Assembly: GCA_031260185.1 (NCBI GenBank)
Contig: JAIRKI010000008.1
Span: 1-52,356 of the forward strand
Origin: Synergistaceae bacterium
Lineage (GTDB): Bacteria; Synergistota; Synergistia; Synergistales; Synergistaceae
DNA: 52,356 nucleotides
Direction of reading: 5' to 3'
Positions 44,671 to 52,356 of this stretch are shown here, one piece after another. The notes under the pieces are model-generated. The model had not been told where the DNA came from. It was given only the letters and a program-made list of their open reading frames with translations, and ran no database searches. The position numbers and the translations under genes were made by a program. The number at the start of each line of letters is the position of its first letter. Within the stretch, counting starts at the first letter, position 1.

Positions 44671-45666
44671 TCAGGGCAGCAATCCCCTTACGCGGGTGCC
44701 CTTGCCGCGGCGCGAAATTATCTCGAGCGCGCCCCCCACGAGGGCCATCCTCTCCTCCATGTTGGACAGGCCCCTGTGCCCTTCCGCGCGCAGTCCAGCG
44801 GTGTCGCCTTCCTTTATGTCGAATCCGCGCCCGTCGTCCTGTACGGTGAGTTCTGTGCCTCCCGTCCCTTCGCGCTTCAAATCCACCCGGATGTTCTTCG
44901 CCTCCCCGTGCCGCACCGAGTTGGTGACGGCTTCCTGCACCACGCGGAAGAACGCCAGCGTGGCGGCGTCAGGCAGTTCGATGTTCTCGTCGAGATCGAG
45001 GTAAATTTTCACCCCGTATTGCAGGGACTGGCGTTCGGTGAGTTCCGTCAACGCCTGCGAGAGGCCCAGCTCCAGCCACGGCGGATTGAGAAAATTGCAC
45101 ATGGCGCGCATTTCCTTTACCGTCGTGAAGGCTATTTTTTCGGCGAGATCGAGTTCCCTCTTGGTGTCCTCTTCCGTGTTGTCCGCGCTTCTCGCCAGAC
45201 GGAGACGCTGTATGAGCGCCGTCACGTCCTGGAGCGGACCGTCGTGGATATCGCGCGATATCTTGGTACGCTCTTCCTCCAGAACATTCACCAGGTCGTT
45301 GATGTACATTCTGTCAGCTTTCACGGTGTGGCACGCGTCTCGCGACGCGCGCGCCAGCGTGCCGCGCATACTGAGTATCCGCGAATCGGCTCCGGGCAAC
45401 CGGATTTCCAGCGTCTCCGAGCCCCATTTGAGCGCCGAAACCGCCTGTTCCAGAAGGGTTATCGGATGTATCACGCTGTGAAAAAGATTCCATATCGCCG
45501 CCGCGCCGCAAACAGCGGCAAACACGATGAGGATGGGCCACAAAAAAGCCGGGAGCGCGGTCATGTTTTTCCGCGAATTCACGAGGTCCGCCGCGAGCGC
45601 CAAAATGACGAGCGACAGCGGCAAAACCGACAAAACAATATAAAACAGCCGGTTTTTATCCTTCAA
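44671..45666 (-). CDS. Sensor histidine kinase, HisKA_3 (NarX/LiaS-type)
   Basis: Two N-terminal TM helices, H-box RDIHDGPLQD, HATPase N and G boxes. Confidence 0.85.
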   Translation of the reverse strand: MKDKNRLFYIVLSVLPLSLVILALAADLVNSRKNMTALPAFLWPILIVFAAVCGAAAIWNLFHSVIHPITLLEQAVSALKWGSETLEIRLPGADSRILSMRGTLARASRDACHTVKADRMYINDLVNVLEEERTKISRDIHDGPLQDVTALIQRLRLARSADNTEEDTKRELDLAEKIAFTTVKEMRAMCNFLNPPWLELGLSQALTELTERQSLQYGVKIYLDLDENIELPDAATLAFFRVVQEAVTNSVRHGEAKNIRVDLKREGTGGTELTVQDDGRGFDIKEGDTAGLRAEGHRGLSNMEERMALVGGALEIISRRGKGTRVRGLLP

Positions 45667-45687
45667 CCGCCGGTCTCCTTTACGGTA

Positions 45688-46326
45688 TCAGTCGAGAAGT
45701 TCTTCCAGCATCACGACTCCGAATTTCAGGGCGAGCAGCATGGACTCGGTTTTGTTTCTCGCGCCCAGTTTATCGTAAATGGACGCCAAGTGAGTCTGAA
45801 CCGTCCGTTCGCTGATGAACAGCTTCGACGCTATCTCCTTGCCGGACTGCCCTTTGGCGGCGAGCAACAGCACCTCGCGCTCGCGCGCGGATATGGGTTC
45901 CGGTGACATATTTTCGCCCTCCTCGACCGTGTTCGCGACCTCGCTGTCGAGATACAGACCGCCTCGCGCCACTATGCGAATGGCCCTCGACAGCGTGTCG
46001 GCCGGCGACGATTTGAGGACGTACCCGCGCGCCCCGGCCCGAAGCGACGACAGCACGTACTGCTGCGCGTCGTAACTCGTGAGAATGAGAGCCGTCACCG
46101 GCAATCCCTCTTCTTTGATCTTGCGGGTGATGGTCACTCCGTCCATGCCGGGCATCCTGATGTCCAGAAGCGCCACCCGCGGCTTCAATTCCCTTATGCC
46201 CGCCATCGCGGACTCGCCGTCCGCGTATTCGCCCACGACGTTCATGTCCTGTTCCTTCGCGAGATACGCCAGGAGCCCCGCCCTTGTCAGCGGATGGTCG
46301 TCAGCGAGAATCAATTCTATCGACAT
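45688..46326 (-). CDS. NarL/LuxR-family response regulator
   Basis: Receiver domain (LILADDHPL...DIRMPGMDG) plus a LuxR HTH (SEREREVLLLAAKGQSGKEIASKLFISERTV). Confidence 0.9.
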   Translation of the reverse strand: MSIELILADDHPLTRAGLLAYLAKEQDMNVVGEYADGESAMAGIRELKPRVALLDIRMPGMDGVTITRKIKEEGLPVTALILTSYDAQQYVLSSLRAGARGYVLKSSPADTLSRAIRIVARGGLYLDSEVANTVEEGENMSPEPISAREREVLLLAAKGQSGKEIASKLFISERTVQTHLASIYDKLGARNKTESMLLALKFGVVMLEELLD

Positions 46327-46404
46327 TTGTCCCCCTCCATATGCCTTTTTCCATCTTGAAAATGGAAATAACGCGTATTATGCGAATTTTAAGACATAAC
46401 CGCA

Positions 46405-47013
46405 TCAGCAGTTAGGCGTAGATGTTGTCCCGGGGGGTTGCTCCGCCGTGCCGAGGCCAATCTCGTTTTCCACAGGCTTCAATCCCTCGATAGTCCGCTC
46501 TATCAGCCATTCGAGAGATTCTCCCATCAATTTTACGCCGCGCTCGACGACCTCTCTGTTCACGCCCCGCGCGAACGCTTTGTCCTTCCATTTTTTCTTC
46601 ACGGATTTTACCCCGAGATCGGAGAGGGAACGGCCGGGGCGCACCAGCGCGACCGCCGTCACAAATCCGGTCAGTTCGTCGACGGCGTACAGCGCTCGTT
46701 CCATGCGGCTTTTCGGCTCGACTCCGGAAAACTCCCATCCGTGCGCCAGTTCGGCGCGGATTATCTCCTCCTCGTAACCCTGTTCGCGCAACATCTCGCC
46801 GCCTTTGACGGGATGCCCTCTCTCGGCCGATTGCGTAGTCTCCCAGTCGATGTCGTGCAGCAGGCCGGCCCTCGCCCAAAGTTCCTCGTCCTCGCCGTAG
46901 CGCCGCGCCAGATGTTTCATGGCTGCCTCAACCGCCAGCGCGTGCCGGAAGTACATGTCATCACTGTTGTGTTCCTTGAAAAAAGCTATGGATTCCTCCC
47001 TGGTGTATTTCAT
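46405..47013 (-). CDS. HD-domain phosphohydrolase (HDIG-like)
   Basis: RHALAVE...AGLLHDIDWE. The start is moved to the ATG at 47013 because the upstream part of the ORF is Arg/Gly-rich and overlaps the deaminase gene. Confidence 0.7.
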   Translation of the reverse strand: MKYTREESIAFFKEHNSDDMYFRHALAVEAAMKHLARRYGEDEELWARAGLLHDIDWETTQSAERGHPVKGGEMLREQGYEEEIIRAELAHGWEFSGVEPKSRMERALYAVDELTGFVTAVALVRPGRSLSDLGVKSVKKKWKDKAFARGVNREVVERGVKLMGESLEWLIERTIEGLKPVENEIGLGTAEQPPGTTSTPNC

Positions 47014-47045
47014 TACGCCGCTGCCGCCTCCAATTTTAAGATTGT

Positions 47046-49476
<2,431 letters not shown>

Positions 49477-49575
49477 TCAGCCCTTTGATTCCGCCGCCGT
49501 CTTCGCGGTTTCCCAAATTCCCGTATTATATTATAATGTACCGCATTATATCAGAATAGTCGGGAGGCCGTTCAG

Positions 49576-51117
49576 ATGAGAGAGCGAAGAAACCGCGCGG
49601 CGGGAGTGTTGTTGCACATATCGAGCCTTCCCGGTTCATACGGATCGGGGGATTTCGGCGAGTCGGCGGAGCGGTTCGCGAGCCTGCTCGCGGGCGCCGG
49701 CTTTGGCGCGTGGCAGATGCTGCCCCTTGTTCCCGTGAGCGGGACTTTTTTTCATTCCCCGTACAGCAGCCGATCGGCATTCGCGGGCAACCCGGCGTTC
49801 ATCTGCCTCGAAAAACTTGCCGTGTTGGGCTTGGTCGCCGAGGACGAGATCGTCCGTATAAAACCGCTCCCGTCCGGGCGCGCCGATTTCGGCGCGGCGA
49901 TGAGGATAAAGAGCGGGATTTTGAAAATATGCCGCGACAATTTCAGGCGCGGCGAACCGTTCGGGGATTTATCCGGCAAATTTCTGAGTTTCCTCGCCGC
50001 CGAGGCGTACTGGCTGGATGATTACGCGCTGTATTGCGTCATCAAAAACATCGAGGGAGGGCGTCCGTGGCGCGAATGGCGTCCCGAATACCGCGTTCAC
50101 GACCGGGAAGTTCTCGGCGCGCTGAAGGATGTCCCCGAAATATCGGACGCGCTCGACGAAAAACGTTTCGAGCAATTTTTGTTTAACCTGCAGCTTCAGG
50201 AACTGCGGGCGCGCTGCGCGGAACTCGGGGTGACGCTGATCGGCGACCTTCCAATATACGTGGCCCACGACAGCGCCGACGTGTGGGGACATCAGGAGTT
50301 GTTCAAACTCGACGCCGAGGGGGCGCCCGTGACGGTGTCTGGCGTCCCTCCCGATTATTTCAGCGAGACCGGGCAGCGATGGGGAAACCCGATATACAGA
50401 TGGGACGAAATGAAACGCGACGGCTACGCGTGGTGGCTGGGCCGTTTCAGGCGGGCGCTGTCGCTCGCCGATGTCGTCAGGATCGATCATTTCAGGGGGT
50501 TTTTGCGATTCTGGGAGATACCGGCTTCCGAGGCGACCGCCGAAAACGGATGGTGGTCACCCGGCCCGGGGACTGAGCTGTTCAGCGCGATGCGCGACAA
50601 TTTTCCGCACGTCGGGGGCAAGACGCCCTTTATAGCCGAGGACTTGGGCGTCATCACCGACGACGTATCGCGCGCGATGGAGGATTTTTCCTTTCCCGGA
50701 ATGAAGGTACTGCAGTTCGCCTTCGGCGAAGGGATGCCGAAAAATCCCTACATACCGCACAATCACAGGCGCAACTGCGTCGTCTACGCCGGAACTCACG
50801 ACAACGACACGTCCGCGGGCTGGTGGGAGTCCGGGACCACGGCGGAGGAGAGGCGTAATTTCCTCGCATACACCGGTCTCGAAAATCCTACCCCCGCGCT
50901 CGTGACGGACGAGATGACGCGCATGGCGCTGTCGAGCACCGCCGACCTCGCGGTCATCACCGCTCAGGATATAATGCGCCTGGGCGGGGAAGCGAGGATG
51001 AACAAGCCTTCCACCGTCACCGGCAACTGGCAGTGGTGTCTTGAAAATCTCGACATTTTCGAGCGGGAACTGGGACGTTTCGCCGAATTGAACGCCCTGT
51101 TCGGACGAGGGATATAA
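49576..51117 (+). CDS. malQ: 4-alpha-glucanotransferase (amylomaltase, GH77)
   Basis: GVLLHISSLPG N-terminus, IGDLPIYV, VRIDHFRG, and AEDLG catalytic regions. Confidence 0.9.
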   Translation: MRERRNRAAGVLLHISSLPGSYGSGDFGESAERFASLLAGAGFGAWQMLPLVPVSGTFFHSPYSSRSAFAGNPAFICLEKLAVLGLVAEDEIVRIKPLPSGRADFGAAMRIKSGILKICRDNFRRGEPFGDLSGKFLSFLAAEAYWLDDYALYCVIKNIEGGRPWREWRPEYRVHDREVLGALKDVPEISDALDEKRFEQFLFNLQLQELRARCAELGVTLIGDLPIYVAHDSADVWGHQELFKLDAEGAPVTVSGVPPDYFSETGQRWGNPIYRWDEMKRDGYAWWLGRFRRALSLADVVRIDHFRGFLRFWEIPASEATAENGWWSPGPGTELFSAMRDNFPHVGGKTPFIAEDLGVITDDVSRAMEDFSFPGMKVLQFAFGEGMPKNPYIPHNHRRNCVVYAGTHDNDTSAGWWESGTTAEERRNFLAYTGLENPTPALVTDEMTRMALSSTADLAVITAQDIMRLGGEARMNKPSTVTGNWQWCLENLDIFERELGRFAELNALFGRGI

Positions 51118-51119
51118 CC

Positions 51120-52356
51120 TAAAACCCCGATAATGCTCACTCAAAACAATTCATTATAACCGTGAAGTATTGCTATTCCTCTTTATTTTATTGAGTATCT
51201 ATTATATAATATAGTTACTCAATAGAGGAGGGATGCCACATGCCAAGGAAAGCCTCGCTAGCCCCAAAAACCAGTCGCATCAATGTGAAGCGTAATAACG
51301 GCGATATATACGTTTATGAAAGAATTACCAAATACAACCCGGGAAAACGCTTTAATGAGGTTGTAAGCAGCCAATTAATTGGTAAAATACCTGCCGGGAG
51401 TACGGAAGTTACACCGACACGACCGCGCCGCAATAAGCTTGACGCGATCCGAACAGCAAGCTGCAAGCGAGTTGGTGTCACTGATATCCTGGATTGGGTC
51501 GGAAAAGAGTCCGGTATTGACCAAGACCTTCTCAGTTCCACGGATCGCGCTACAGCCGAAAAGGTGCTCTCTATTGCCCGCTACTGGACAGCAAATCCGG
51601 GGAAAACCATACCGTATATTGAGGAGTGGCAAATCACCCATGAGATACCGTATTCGGACGGTATCTCGCAGGACAGTTGCTACTTGCTGATGAAGACAAT
51701 TGGCACAACTGCACAGCTGCGTCAAAAATTCTTTAAAGCCAGAGCCGACAGAGCGCCATCTAAGGCGTCAGTGGCCTTTGACTCCACGACGGTCTCTTCT
51801 TATTCGGAGAACCAGATCGAAGCGAGGTACGGATACAATAAAAGCGACGATGGCCTGAAGACCATAAAGCTGCTCACCCAATATTGCCTTGACACATGCC
51901 AGCCTGTCGCATACTCCAGGCAGCCGGGGAACATACCGGATGTCATCTCCGTGCTCAACGCTGGCGAGCAACTGTCTGCGCTTGGGATGGAGAAGCCTCT
52001 GCTGGTGATGGACGCAGGTTTTTACTCGGAAGATAGTATGTCCACTCTGGTACGAAGCCATCTCAAGTTTCTTATTGCAGGGAAGATCGGTGTGAATTGG
52101 ATCGAATCCATATTTGAGGGCAATTTGGACTCCATGCGGCAGTTGTCCAACTGTTGTCCGTTTGATTCCAGCATCTATGGAAGAACCATCACAACGACGC
52201 ATGATTTTCAATGGGGCAGGAAGCGGAGCCGAGGCAGCAACGCCAGAGGGGATACTGTCACAGAGGAACACAGAATCTATCTGCATTTATTCCTGAACAA
52301 AGCGAAGGCCGAATACGAATCAGCCGCCTTGGCTAACGAAATCAGAACTGTCCAGG
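51120..52356 (+). mobile_element. Left part of an IS element (IS4/IS1634-like), continues beyond the window
   Basis: Abrupt drop in GC directly after the malQ stop. AT-rich leader with ACTCAA/TTGAGT repeats, followed by a DDE transposase ORF. The exact left end is not determinable without the right end. Confidence 0.55.
51240..52356 (+). CDS. DDE transposase, N-terminal 372 codons (ORF open at the window end; absent from the ORF track for that reason)
   Basis: My own translation from the ATG at 51240 (GAGGAGGG RBS): MPRKASLAPKTSRINVKRNNGDIYVYERI...VAFDSTTVSSYSENQIEARYGYNK...LLVMDAGFYSEDS, with no stop to nt 52356. The DSTT and MDAGF acidic motifs resemble IS1634/IS4 transposases. Confidence 0.65.
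   Translation, partial: MPRKASLAPKTSRINVKRNNGDIYVYERITKYNPGKRFNEVVSSQLIGKIPAGSTEVTPTRPRRNKLDAIRTASCKRVGVTDILDWVGKESGIDQDLLSSTDRATAEKVLSIARYWTANPGKTIPYIEEWQITHEIPYSDGISQDSCYLLMKTIGTTAQLRQKFFKARADRAPSKASVAFDSTTVSSYSENQIEARYGYNKSDDGLKTIKLLTQYCLDTCQPVAYSRQPGNIPDVISVLNAGEQLSALGMEKPLLVMDAGFYSEDSMSTLVRSHLKFLIAGKIGVNWIESIFEGNLDSMRQLSNCCPFDSSIYGRTITTTHDFQWGRKRSRGSNARGDTVTEEHRIYLHLFLNKAKAEYESAALANEIRTVQ

Noticed and set aside
42808-45906. Long plus-strand ORFs (42808-44052, 44275-45906)
   Set aside because: They are antisense to the acyltransferase, tyrS and histidine kinase genes, all of which have strong motifs on the minus strand. The same applies to 35224-36234 and 36280-37551 (minus strand), which lie opposite res.

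Overview
High-GC (by eye about 55-65%) chromosomal segment from an anaerobe (Rnf complex, corrinoid methyltransferases, LpxL-type acyltransferase; taxon not assignable from sequence alone). No rRNA, tRNA or CRISPR array was seen. Housekeeping content: a corrinoid methyl-transfer cluster (AraC-type regulator, corrinoid protein, metA, CsoR-type repressor, MtaB-like methyltransferase, COG0523 GTPase, RACo-type reductive activator), a stand-alone homocysteine S-methyltransferase, rnfCDGEAB, rarA, a phosphomannomutase-family mutase, ilvE, then on the minus strand an acyltransferase, tyrS, a NarL-type two-component pair, an HD protein, dCMP deaminase and gyrB, followed by malQ and the left end of an IS. 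Two defence islands interrupt this backbone. Island 1 (7.55-20.2 kb) is a DUF499 ATPase / DUF3780 / DUF1156 methylase / PLD-SNF2 helicase locus. Spliced into it are an MNT-HepT toxin-antitoxin pair and an ABC-type ATPase plus a small PD-(D/E)xK-like protein. A RelB antitoxin with a truncated toxin follows. Island 2 (26.3-38.2 kb) is a PLD-like SNF2 helicase / DUF4391 / type III Mod / YhcG nuclease / type III Res locus. Nested in it is an AT-rich ATPase plus Toprim-like pair (PARIS/AbiL-like logic). In island 2 both the helicase and Mod are broken by single-T insertions that create immediate stop codons, and Mod carries an AT-rich mosaic block. The best candidates for something undescribed are the nested ATPase + small-effector modules and the shared nested architecture of the two islands. 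All family assignments come from motif recognition by eye and need HMM or structure confirmation.
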